From an uncultured Chloroflexia bacterium (lineage in GTDB: Bacteria; Chloroflexota; Limnocylindria; Limnocylindrales; CSP1-4), in assembly GCA_963752475.1 (NCBI GenBank), contig CAVVYR010000005.1, forward strand, positions 1 to 64,000: a stretch of DNA of 64,000 bases, given 5' to 3'. The translations under genes and the position numbers were made by a program. Position 1 is the first letter of the stretch, and the number at the start of each line of letters is the position of its first letter. Shown here piece after piece: positions 40,335 to 49,305 of this stretch. The notes below the pieces were generated by a model, which was given only the letters and a program-made list of their open reading frames with translations, was not told the DNA's origin and ran no database searches.

Positions 40335-40757
40335 ATGACTCGACCTCGGCTGTCCACTTCCATGTCAGTCGTGCGCCGTCCACGCGCCATCTTCGCCTCG
40401 ATCCTGTCATTGACCATCCTCGCGGTGGCCCTGCCCGCCAGCGCGGTCGCGGCCCCGGAACGAGAGCGGGACGGGTTCTGCCGCGCAGGAAGCGAGTGGA
40501 ACCTCTACGTAGGTCGCGAAGACGGAAGCCGGCTCGAGGTCGATTTCGAAGTCGACAGCGAACGACGCGGTGAGAGGTGGCGTGTCGTCCTCAAGAACGA
40601 CGGCAAGGTGTTCCACCGCAGCACGCGTCGGACGAACCAAGCCGGTGAGTTCGACATCGAGCGCTACACGCGCGATGGCAGTGGCAAGGACAAGATCGTC
40701 GCACGTGCCAAGAGCCTCAGGACGGGCGAGGTGTGTCGGGCCGTCATCCGCATCTAG
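40335..40757 (+). CDS. Secreted hypothetical protein
   Basis: Signal peptide; LEVDFEVDS...WRVVL...GEVC with a Cys pair; start uncertain. Confidence 0.7.
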   Translation: MTRPRLSTSMSVVRRPRAIFASILSLTILAVALPASAVAAPERERDGFCRAGSEWNLYVGREDGSRLEVDFEVDSERRGERWRVVLKNDGKVFHRSTRRTNQAGEFDIERYTRDGSGKDKIVARAKSLRTGEVCRAVIRI

Positions 40758-40949
40758 GCTGACCTGCCGCGAAAACGGACATTAGTCCCTCACATCTATG
40801 ACACGTCGGCCCCGCGGCCCCTTGAAGCCGCGGGGCTGCCAGGGACGCCTGGACCGCCGGGGCCCATCAGTGGCCCCGGCGGTCTATTCCATGGCCGGAC
40901 GCCTAGTCAGCAGTCGGCAGCGAGCCGCTCCCGGAGTCCGCATGGCGAT

Positions 40950-41299
40950 GGACCACCCACCGCAAGGATCTGATGGGAGCGCACGAGTGGGCCCTCCATG
41001 GGTGGAAGGAGGGCGCCGCCCACCGCTTCTTCGGGCCGTCCAACGCCACGGACCTCTGGCACGTCAAGAAGGTCAGCCCCAACGCCATGGTCCATCTCAC
41101 CGAGAAGCCGGTGGAGCTGGCACGACGGGCCATCGAGTACAGCTCGCTGTCAGGTGAGGTCGTCCTCGACCCCTTCGCCGGCTCGGGCTCAACGCTCGTC
41201 GCCGCCGAGCAGACGGGGCGGCGGGCGTACCTCATGGAGCTCGACCCGCCGTACTGCGACGTCATCGTCGAACGCTGGAAGGCGTTCAGCGGGCAGTAG
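40950..41299 (+). pseudogene. C-terminal fragment of a phage-type N4/N6 DNA methyltransferase
   Basis: H.TEKPVEL, VLDPFAGSGST and MELDPPYCDVIVERW; the catalytic DPPY region of the N-terminal half is absent. Confidence 0.85.
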
Positions 41300-41321
41300 G
41301 CCCGGCGTGGGTAGGTCGCAG

Positions 41322-41477
41322 CTAGCGCTGGCGCTCGAAGAGGGCCCCGGCGAGCCCGCCGACGACGAGGCCCACCACGACCGCCAGGATCAGCTGGCCG
41401 AGGAGGAGGCCGATGATCAATCCGAGGGCCGCACCCACCCCGGCTCCCGATCCAGACCAGCGCATCGCGTCGGACAT
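41322..41477 (-). CDS. Small Gly-rich membrane protein
   Basis: GAAGGAG RBS; two hydrophobic helices. Confidence 0.55.
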   Translation of the reverse strand: MSDAMRWSGSGAGVGAALGLIIGLLLGQLILAVVVGLVVGGLAGALFERQR

Positions 41478-41620
41478 CTCGCACTCTCCTTCGGTCCACG
41501 GGTGCCCATGTCCCACCCATGGCCAGGGTCGCGCCTCAGCACTAGCCTGGCGCATCCCGGGACGCCGGCGGCAGGGTCTTCGGTCATCTCGCCCGGGGCC
41601 TTCGGACGCGCGGTGCTGGG

Positions 41621-41947
41621 ATGACCAACGGAACGGGCCCCACCTCTCGGCTCGAGCCCTACGACCAGGGCTACCGCGACGGCTGGCACGACATCCACAT
41701 CGCCCACCGCCAGCGCCGCACGCGACGACGAGCGCGGAGCACCGAGTACGCGCTCGGCCACCAGGACGGCCGCATCGACGGCGCGGAGTGGCCCGAGTAC
41801 CCCGAGTGGTGGCCGGACTTCGCGCAGGCGCCGAGGGTCGCCCACGATCCTGCGTCTCCCGCACGTTTCGAGGCCTCCGACGCCCGAGGCGCCGCAGAAG
41901 ACGCCGACCGGGTATCCGGGCCCACCGCAACCGCGGCGGCCGCCTGA
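41621..41947 (+). CDS. Phage hypothetical protein
   Basis: TGATG overlap with the terminase small subunit. Confidence 0.55.
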   Translation: MTNGTGPTSRLEPYDQGYRDGWHDIHIAHRQRRTRRRARSTEYALGHQDGRIDGAEWPEYPEWWPDFAQAPRVAHDPASPARFEASDARGAAEDADRVSGPTATAAAA

Positions 41948-42441
41948 TGGGCCGCAGGGGTCCCACCCGCGCGCCCGACGCCGCCAAGCTCCGCAAGGGC
42001 GAGACGCGTCCGAGCCGCCTCAACGGGATGGAGCCGCTGCCTCGGCATGCGGCACCGCGGATGCCGCGTGGCATGGACGAGGCCGCACAGCGGGTGTGGC
42101 GGCGGATCGTGCGCGAGATGGCGGGTAGTGGCGTCATCGAGGCCGCCGACACCGACATCCTGCGCTGCTACTGCGAGGCGGTCGCGGCCTACGAGCGCGA
42201 CGTGCCCCTGCTCATGCGGGGCGGCCCGGTCATCACCGGCAGTCGTGGCCGCGAGCTCGTGCGCAACCCGATGCACCAGATCGTGCGCGACGACCGCCAC
42301 GCCATCCGGCTCCTGGCGCGCGAGCTGGGCCTGTCGCCCGCGGCCAGGGCGAGCCTGCGCGTCGCACCCGATGCCGAGGCGCCCGACATCGACGCGGTCC
42401 TCGGACCCCCGCCACGGCTCCGGGTGGTCGGTGATGCCTGA
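41947..42441 (+). CDS. Phage terminase small subunit (P27 family)
   Basis: MGRRGP, VWRRIV, D...L..YCE, NP and ELGLSPAAR. Confidence 0.88.
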   Translation: MGRRGPTRAPDAAKLRKGETRPSRLNGMEPLPRHAAPRMPRGMDEAAQRVWRRIVREMAGSGVIEAADTDILRCYCEAVAAYERDVPLLMRGGPVITGSRGRELVRNPMHQIVRDDRHAIRLLARELGLSPAARASLRVAPDAEAPDIDAVLGPPPRLRVVGDA

Positions 42442-42444
42442 CCG

Positions 42445-43080
42445 ATGGTCCCCGATGAGCGCACCGGGGGTCCCCGCTTCGCGGCCTTCTGCGAGCGCTT
42501 CGTGCGCCATACGAAGGGACGCTGGTCGGGCCAGCCCTTCGTGCTCGAGCCTTGGCAACGCGAGTTCTGGTGGGAGGCGCTCGAGGTCGACCCTGCCACC
42601 GCCCTGCGGGTGTACACCGAGGTCGGGCTGGGGCTGCCTCGGAAGAACGGGAAGTCGGGCGTCGCCTCGGCGGCGGCCCATTACTTCCTCTCCGCCAACG
42701 GCGAGGCCGAGCCCGAGGTGTACGTCGCCGCGGCCGCGCGGGGCCAGGCGGGCATCGTCCTCGGCCAGGCCCGGCGCATGGCTCTCCAGAGCCCACCGCT
42801 GCGCCGGCTGCTGCGGGTCCAGACGCACCTGCTCGAGAACCACCGCAACGGCGGCGTCATGCGCGCCCTGTCGGCCGACGCCGCGCTCCAGCACGGGCTC
42901 AACCCCAGCGCCAACATCATCGACGAGCTCCACGCCCACCGCGACGGTGCCCTGCTCACTGCGCTCACGACCGGCACGCTCGCACGCGAGCAGCCCTTCA
43001 CCTGGTGGATCACGACCGCAGGGGCCTGTGATCCGTTCCTCGGCGAGATGTACGCGATCCCCGAGACCGGTGCCGGGTGA
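42445..43080 (+). pseudogene. Terminase large subunit, N-terminal ATPase only
   Basis: LEPWQ, PRKNGKS (Walker A), IIDELH (Walker B) and ITTAG, then an abrupt end with no nuclease domain. Confidence 0.88.
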
Positions 43081-43226
43081 TCCTGCAGCTGCTCGCCTAC
43101 GGGGAGGCCGCCCTCATCGCGCTGCAGGGCAAACATGTGGCCTACCCCATGCTGGCCATCGACCGCTACGCGGTCCTCCACGTCACTGCGGTCGGCTTCG
43201 TCGCGCAGGTCATCACAGTCCGACGC

Positions 43227-43268
43227 TTGACCGCGCGGATCGACTTGCGTACGCTATGCCGTACGTAC
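43227..43268 (+). promoter_or_regulatory. Sigma70 promoter with CGTACG operator palindromes
   Basis: TTGACC-N17-TACGCT; GCGTACGC (43247) and GTACGTAC (43261). Confidence 0.65.
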
Positions 43269-43288
43269 TAGGCACGCGAAGGGGCCCG

Positions 43289-43531
43289 ATGGCAACCGTC
43301 AGCACAACCGAGGCGAGGAAGGACCTCTACCGCCTCGTCGACCAGGTCCAGGACACACACGAGCCGATCCAGATCAATGGCAAGCGTGGCAACGCGGTGC
43401 TCGTGAGTGAAGCTGACTGGCAGGCCTTGCAGGAGACGCTCTTCTTGGTCTCGATCCCCGGCATGCGTGAGTCCATCCTCGAGGGCATGGCAACCCCTCC
43501 GGACGAGCTCGAGGATGAGCCCGGCTGGTGA
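43289..43531 (+). CDS. yefM: Phd/YefM antitoxin
   Basis: TEARKDLYRLVD...GKRGNAVLVSE.DW..LQETL.L.SIPGMRESI. Confidence 0.92.
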   Translation: MATVSTTEARKDLYRLVDQVQDTHEPIQINGKRGNAVLVSEADWQALQETLFLVSIPGMRESILEGMATPPDELEDEPGW

Positions 43532-43791
43532 GATGGCGCCTCGTCTACACACGCGCGGCGCAAAAGGATGCGAGGCGACTCGCCGCTGCAGGGCTCCGGG
43601 ACCGGGCGCAGGCCCTGCTCGAGCTACTGGCCGATGACCCCTTTCGGAGCCCTCCGCCCTTCGAGAAGCTCGTAGGTGACCTCGCCGGCGCCTACTCACG
43701 ACGGATCAACATCCAGCACCGGCTGGTCTACCAGGTCCTCCCGCAGGAACGGATCGTCAAGGTCCTACGGATGTGGTCGCACTACGAGTAG
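43528..43791 (+). CDS. yoeB: Txe/YoeB toxin
   Basis: EKLVGDLAGAYSRRINIQHRLVYQ...MWSHYE. Confidence 0.93.
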   Translation: MRWRLVYTRAAQKDARRLAAAGLRDRAQALLELLADDPFRSPPPFEKLVGDLAGAYSRRINIQHRLVYQVLPQERIVKVLRMWSHYE

Positions 43792-43807
43792 GAATGAGCT
43801 AGAAGGG

Positions 43808-43823
43808 TGGTCGGGGCGAGAGG
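43808..43823 (-). repeat. tRNA-Pro 3'-end copy 3 (putative att core)
   Basis: Identical 16-mer; the reading frame through it ends in a TGATG overlap with mini-LuxR copy 1. Confidence 0.7.
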
Positions 43824-43927
43824 GGTGGCGCCAGCTTGACCCACCTGCGGTTCCGGCCGCGATTCGTGCTCGAGAACCGGACTCCGGCGGCGAGATCGTG
43901 GCCCGCTGCGTACCGGAAGGCCGGCTG

Positions 43928-44158
43928 ATGGCGAGGCAGCGGCCGACCCGCCGGCAGCTCGAGGTCCTGCGGGCGTACATCCGGGTGGGGTCAGTGGCGG
44001 CCGCCGCCTACGAGCTCGGCATCAGCGAGACGACGGTGCGTCAGCATCTCTCGGGGTTGTACCGGCGGACGGGGTGCTTGAACGCGGCGCAGGCGGCATA
44101 CTGGCTGGGCAGCGGCCGGATCGGTCTCGATGTGGCCGGGTCCGACCTGACCATCTGA
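43928..44158 (+). CDS. Stand-alone LuxR-type HTH protein, copy 1
   Basis: PTRRQLEVL...AAYELGISETTVRQHLSGLYRRTG. Confidence 0.85.
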   Translation: MARQRPTRRQLEVLRAYIRVGSVAAAAYELGISETTVRQHLSGLYRRTGCLNAAQAAYWLGSGRIGLDVAGSDLTI

Positions 44159-44201
44159 TGCACCGCCTGGTCGTGCTGGGTAGTCCGAGCCTTGGAGCAC
44201 G

Positions 44202-45488
44202 ATGACCGAAACCGATCCGCGTATAGGGCCGGCGGCGGTACCGCCGACTGGGTTCCTGTGGTCGCGAGTGTGGTGGCGCCTGCTGGGCCTGTCACTTGGG
44301 CTCGGGCTTCTCAGCACCATCGGCGCCCTCGTCTTCGTGGGGCTCGTCCAGGTGGGGACCGACATCGTCTGGGCCGATGGCCCTACGTCGGCAAACCTCT
44401 TCAGCGGCTCGCCGCTGATCGTCGTGATCATGACCGTGGCCGGAGCCTTGGTGGGACTGATCTACCGGTTCGTACCAGCTGTCGGGGCCCCGGATGTGTT
44501 CGCGGCCATCGTCACGGGCCGACTCGATCCGCGGCCGGTGCCGGGGGGCCTGCTGGTCGCGCTAGCCACGCTCGTGGGCGGCTTCAGCCTGGGTCCTGAG
44601 GTGCCGACCGGGATGCTGGCCGGCGGCACCGCCTCGGCCGTCGCGGATCGGCGAGACTGGGACTTGACGACGCGGAAAGTGACGCTGGGCTCGTCGGTGG
44701 CGGCTACCTATGCTGGTCTCTTCACTTCGCCCTTCGTCTCGGTGATGCTCCTGCTCGAGCTGGCGCAGTCGCGCTACGTGGTGTCACTCGCGTTCCTGGT
44801 CATCCAGGCCGCGGCGGCGCTACTCGGATTCGCGGTGTTCTTCGCCGTCGGTGGCTTCTCCAGCCTGCTGGCGTCGCTGTCGCTGCCTGACTACCAGCTG
44901 GAGCTGTGGCACTTCGCGGCGGCCGCTGTGATCGCCATCGTCGCGGTCGGCCTGGGAGTACTGACCGCCGTCTTCGCCTCGCTCTTCCGACGCCTTGCTG
45001 CGCCACTCGCCGAGCGAGTCGTCCTGCGTGGTGCCTTGGCGGGTCTCGGCCTGGGCCTCTTGGGGATGGCCGTGCCGCTGACGCTCTTCTACGGCGCCTC
45101 GGCGCTGCCGCAGACGACAGCGGACGCTGCCGAGATCGGAGCGGCGGTCCTGGTGATCTCTCTGGTAGCGAAGCTCGCGGCCATGACGGCTGCGCGGTCG
45201 TTCGGCTTCATCGGCGGTCCGATCTTTCCACTCGTTTTCGCCGGCGCGGCTCTCGGCGCAGCAGTCAACGTCATCGTGCCTGACATCCCCGCGGAGCTGG
45301 CCGTCACCGCAGGGATGGCGGCGATCCCGGCGGCAGTGCTTCCGCTGCCACTGGCGTTGGGAGTGCTGGCCGTCGTCATCGCCGGGACATCCTTCGAGCT
45401 CGTCACGCCCGCGCTGACCGCTTCCCTGCTAGCCACGACGATCGTCCGGGGCGTCAGGCGCACCCAGGGCTACGGCGAGCCCGGCTAG
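44202..45488 (+). CDS. ClC-family chloride channel/transporter (YfeO-like)
   Basis: GFSLGPEVP, GLFTSP and GFIGGPIFP motifs; many TM helices. Confidence 0.85.
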   Translation: MTETDPRIGPAAVPPTGFLWSRVWWRLLGLSLGLGLLSTIGALVFVGLVQVGTDIVWADGPTSANLFSGSPLIVVIMTVAGALVGLIYRFVPAVGAPDVFAAIVTGRLDPRPVPGGLLVALATLVGGFSLGPEVPTGMLAGGTASAVADRRDWDLTTRKVTLGSSVAATYAGLFTSPFVSVMLLLELAQSRYVVSLAFLVIQAAAALLGFAVFFAVGGFSSLLASLSLPDYQLELWHFAAAAVIAIVAVGLGVLTAVFASLFRRLAAPLAERVVLRGALAGLGLGLLGMAVPLTLFYGASALPQTTADAAEIGAAVLVISLVAKLAAMTAARSFGFIGGPIFPLVFAGAALGAAVNVIVPDIPAELAVTAGMAAIPAAVLPLPLALGVLAVVIAGTSFELVTPALTASLLATTIVRGVRRTQGYGEPG

Positions 45489-45575
45489 AGCCGGGCGCGG
45501 ACCAACCACCCTCGTCCGCGTGCCCATCCGCGGAAGGGCCAGGTGGTTGGCCTCGACACGCGAGAGGTCGGCGTC

Positions 45576-45887
45576 ATGAGCGATGCCAGGCGAAGGCCTA
45601 CGCGCCGTCAGCTCGAGGTCCTGCGCGCCTACATCCGGGCCGGCTCCGTGGTGGCGGCGGCCTACGAGCTCGGCATCAGCGAGACGACCGTGCGGCAGCA
45701 TCTCTCAGGCCTGTACCGGCGGACGGGCTGCGTGAACGCTGCGCAAGCGGTGTACTGGCTGGGGTCGGGACAGTTGGGTGGAGGGCACATCGACGCAGCC
45801 ATCCACGGCGTCGGCAACGTGCCCTCCGCGAGGACCGAGGATCCATCGAGAAATCCCGGCCGCGCAGGGGCTGGCCTCAGGGGGTGA
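45576..45887 (+). CDS. Stand-alone LuxR-type HTH protein, copy 2
   Basis: Same ~57-aa core; ATGA overlap with an orphan upstream frame. Confidence 0.8.
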   Translation: MSDARRRPTRRQLEVLRAYIRAGSVVAAAYELGISETTVRQHLSGLYRRTGCVNAAQAVYWLGSGQLGGGHIDAAIHGVGNVPSARTEDPSRNPGRAGAGLRG

Positions 45888-47709
45888 CGATGGCGAAGTC
45901 CGGGTCGGGAGCTTCGAGCACCGCGGTAAGTCGCCCGAGCACACCGGTATCACCCTCGGTGGTCATGCCTTCGGTCTTGCCGGCGAGCAGGCCCACCAGC
46001 ACCGCCCTCGGCAGACGGAGCACGAGGTCGGCACCGTCCGCTGGTGCCTGACGGTGTACCAGCACACCGTTGCGCAGGTCCAGCCGATACGACTCTCCCG
46101 CGTCGGTGATCTCGACACCGATCGAGAGGCGCTCGCCCCAAGCCCTTGGGCCGTCGACGCGGATGGCGATGGCATCGAAGACCTGCTGCGGCGAGAGGGC
46201 CGCGAACATGTCCGGCGACGCGGCCTCGGTGGGCGTGCCGAAGTTGCCCTTGCGCAGCTCGGTGGCACCCGCGAGGTAGGCGCTCCGCCACGTGCCGTTC
46301 TCCGAGCCGAAGCCGAGCTGCTCGAAAGTGTCCGCCTGGAGCGCTGACGCGGCCGCATGGGTCGGTTCGGTGAACAGGACGTGGTTGAGGATCTCGGCCG
46401 CCCAGCGGTAGTCGGTCGCGTCGAAGGCCTCCTGCGCCACGGCCACGACCTTGTCGGCCCCGCCCATGGCCTCGACGTAGCGCTTGCCGGCTTCCTCGGG
46501 CGTGTGCTGCCAGAGGTGCGCGGGATTCCCGTCATACCAGCCCATGTAGCGCTGGTAGATGGCCTTCACGTTGTGGCTCACCGAGCCGTAGTAGCCACGG
46601 GCGTGCCAGGCGTTCTCGAGCGCCGGCGGCATGACGATGGTCTCGGCGATCTCACTGCCCGTGAGCCCGGCGTTGAGCATGCGCAGCGTCTGGTCGTGCA
46701 GGTACGCATAGAGGTCACGCTGCAGTGAGAGGAACCCGACGGCCCGCTCCTGTCCCCACGTCGGCCAGTGGTGGGAGGCGAAGACGACCTCCATCCGCTC
46801 GCCGAAGCGGTCGATGGCCTCGGTCAGGTAGCGCGACCAGATCCTCGGGTCGCGGACCAGCGCTCCGCGGATGGTGAGGATGTTGTGCAGGTTGTGGGTC
46901 GCGTTCTCGGCCATGCACAGCGCCTGACGGTCGGGGAAGAGGACGTTCATCTCGGCGGGCGCCTCGGTCCCAGGCGTCAGCTGGAACTCCATCCGGATGC
47001 CGTCGACCTCCCGGGTCTCGCCGGTGGCGGTGATCGAGTCGGTGGGGATGATGAGCGTGACTGTTCCGGTCGAAGTCGTCTGGCCTAGGCCGGCACCGAT
47101 CTGACCGGTGGCGTCCCGTTGGAGGGCGGCACCGTACATGTAGCCCGCGCGCCGGCCCATGGCCGTGCCGGCATAGACGTTCTCGGCGACCGCGTGCTCG
47201 ACGAAGTGCTCGGGCGCGATGATCACACACTTCCCGGCGTCGACGTCGGCCTGCGTGGTGACGCCCTTCACGCCACCGAAGTGGTCGACATGGCTATGCG
47301 TGTAGATGACTCCGACGACCGGCCGATCGCCACGATGCTCGCGGTAGAGCGCCAGCGCAGCCCTTGCGGTCTCGGTGCTGATGAGCGGATCGATGACGAT
47401 GACGCCGGTGTCGCCCTCGATGAAGCTGATGTTGGAGAGGTCCATGCCCCGCACCTGGTAGACACCGGGGACGACCTCGAAGAGCCCGTCCATGGCCACG
47501 AGCTGCGACTGTCGCCAGAGGCTGGGGTTGGCCGTGTCGGGCGCAGGCCCCTCGAGGAAGCCGTAGCTCGAGTTGTCCCATACGACGCGCCCGTCATCGG
47601 CCCTGACGACGCAGGGCTCCAAGCGTCCGAGGAGCCCTCGCCTCGCGTCCTCGAAGTCGGCGGTGTCGTCGAAGGGCAGTGCGGTCGCGGGGGACGATCG
47701 GTCAGCCAT
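45877..47709 (-). CDS. Alkyl sulfatase (SdsA1-like), paralogue of 29588-31450
   Basis: Same motifs; AAGGAG RBS before the ATG at 47709. Confidence 0.95.
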   Translation of the reverse strand: MADRSSPATALPFDDTADFEDARRGLLGRLEPCVVRADDGRVVWDNSSYGFLEGPAPDTANPSLWRQSQLVAMDGLFEVVPGVYQVRGMDLSNISFIEGDTGVIVIDPLISTETARAALALYREHRGDRPVVGVIYTHSHVDHFGGVKGVTTQADVDAGKCVIIAPEHFVEHAVAENVYAGTAMGRRAGYMYGAALQRDATGQIGAGLGQTTSTGTVTLIIPTDSITATGETREVDGIRMEFQLTPGTEAPAEMNVLFPDRQALCMAENATHNLHNILTIRGALVRDPRIWSRYLTEAIDRFGERMEVVFASHHWPTWGQERAVGFLSLQRDLYAYLHDQTLRMLNAGLTGSEIAETIVMPPALENAWHARGYYGSVSHNVKAIYQRYMGWYDGNPAHLWQHTPEEAGKRYVEAMGGADKVVAVAQEAFDATDYRWAAEILNHVLFTEPTHAAASALQADTFEQLGFGSENGTWRSAYLAGATELRKGNFGTPTEAASPDMFAALSPQQVFDAIAIRVDGPRAWGERLSIGVEITDAGESYRLDLRNGVLVHRQAPADGADLVLRLPRAVLVGLLAGKTEGMTTEGDTGVLGRLTAVLEAPDPDFAIVTP

Positions 47710-48190
47710 CGGGCGGGTCTCCTTGTGGTGCGCTTGGACTCCGGCCCCCGGGTCCGGGGGCCGCTGCGGTCGATGCCGAGCGATGCACCTCGCTCGCGCG
47801 AAGCTCGGCCAACAGTTCCTGCCCGCGCCGATGGCCGTGCTCGAGATCGGCACCGACGTGCGAATCCCTGGACAGGACGTTCGCGGGACCGAGACGCTCG
47901 AGGAACTCGGTCGGATCGAGTGTCTCACGAGCGACAGCGCTGATGCCCACAAGGACCAGGGCACTCCCATGCGCGGCGAGCTTCGCGTGGTACTTGCCCA
48001 GCTCCTTGAGCATCGTGCTCGAGAAGGAGTCCAGCACGCCGACGTCGAGGACGAGCATCCCGGGGTGGGCAGGGTCGGCCATCGGGAGTCGCTCGGCGAC
48101 GGTCGGGACATCGGCGAAGAAGTCGGGGCCGGCATAGCGCACGAGAAGGGGTCGGTCCGGGGGGAGGGTCGAGGGGATGTCCGTGCTCAT
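47702..48190 (-). pseudogene. STAS-like C-terminal remnant of a SulP transporter
   Basis: Y.GPDFFA...L.LVG...LG..NV resembles the C-terminus of the SulP at 33050; no TM domain. Confidence 0.6.
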
Positions 48191-48740
48191 CGCGGTCGAG
48201 GACCATCTCCATACCGCCGGGGTCGTCGTCCTCTTCGCCGATGAACGCCTCCTCTCCTCGGACCCGGGTTCCTGGGACCAGTTCATCCGCGAGGCCCACG
48301 AGGCCGAGGCGTACAGCCGGAAGCTCTCCAAGCGTGTGAGCGAGGGCTACGCCGCCAAGCGGAGGAGGCTCGGCATCCCCGGCGGCAGCAAGATGCCCTA
48401 CGGTCTCATCCGGGAGGGCAAGCCCTCGGTCCTGCGGGTGGACGAGGCGCAGGCTGCCGTCGTCGTGAAGGCCTACCAGCTCGCGGCCGCCGGGTCCACC
48501 GACTGGGAGGTGGACGCCCAGACCGGGCTCGCCAAGACCCACGTGTCCGAGGTCCTCGCCAACCCCATCTACGCCGGCCGGCTGCGCACCGGGGAGGTGG
48601 CAGCCATCGCCCCGATCGTCGACCCCTCGCTGTGGTCGACCGTCCAGACCCGACGGGAACGCCGAAGGACCAGGACGCCGGGGCGCATCGTGAAAGGCCG
48701 GTACGCCCTGCGCCTCTGCTGTGCGAGCTGCGGGAAGCGA
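48183..48740 (+). pseudogene. Large serine recombinase, internal fragment
   Basis: E.YSRKLSKRV.EG (helix E), PYG, VLANPIYAG, PIVD..LW..VQ and LCCASCG (zinc-ribbon start); no catalytic N-terminus. Confidence 0.85.
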
Positions 48741-48741
48741 A

Positions 48742-48943
48742 GGGGCGACCGACGCGTCGGCAGCTCGAGGTCCTGCGGGCCTACATCTCCGCAGGGTCCG
48801 TGGCGGCCGCCGCGTACGAGCTCGGCATCAGCGAGACGACGGTGCGACAGCATCTTTCGGGGTTGTATCGGCGGACGGGCTGCCTGAACGCGGCGCAGGC
48901 GGCGTACTGGCTGGGAGCGGCGATGAGCGGGTCACCACGCTGA
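48742..48943 (+). pseudogene. Stand-alone LuxR-type HTH, copy 3 (start lost, abuts the recombinase fragment)
   Basis: Same core sequence. Confidence 0.8.
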
Positions 48944-49179
48944 CACGCGAGAAGCGCGGGCGGCACGGATGAGCATGCGCGAACGGCGGTCCACTCGGGC
49001 CCGTAGAGTCTGGGTGAGAGGTGGGTAGGCCGGGCAGAAGCACTCCCTTCAGTGGTTGCCAACGGTTTGCGCCCACCACGCACACCGAAGCCGTGGACCT
49101 CAGAGCTGGCGCACCCGGAGGAACGGGAGAGCCAACATGAGGACGGTGGCCAGCGGCCCCGGCCATCCTTGAGGCCAGC

Positions 49180-49219
49180 AAACGGCAGGTCCTCGGTCCA
49201 GATCCGAGTGTCGGCCCCA
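49180..49219 (+). pseudogene. Degenerate tRNA 3' half (tRNA-Thr-like), putative att scar
   Basis: AAACGGCAGGTC-CTCGG-TCCAGAT-CCGAG-TGTCGGC-C-CCA: intact T-stem, mutated T-loop, acceptor strand and CCA. Confidence 0.6.
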
Positions 49220-49231
49220 GCGCCTTGAACG

Positions 49232-49260
49232 AAGAAGCCGGCCGCTAGGCCGGCTTCTTT
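49232..49260. terminator. Bidirectional intrinsic terminator
   Basis: AAGAAGCCGGCC-GCTA-GGCCGGCTTCTTT. Confidence 0.8.
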
Positions 49261-49305
49261 CATCGAGATGCGCTGGCGGAAGGCCTGCGCATCGGTGTTG
49301 GCCGA

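Noticed and set aside
43077-43271. Frameshifted continuation of the terminase large subunit
   Set aside because: The sequence does not resemble a terminase nuclease domain and overlaps the yefM promoter.
38496-49219. Intact tRNA genes
   Set aside because: Only 3' fragments are present; no D-arm or complete anticodon arm can be folded.
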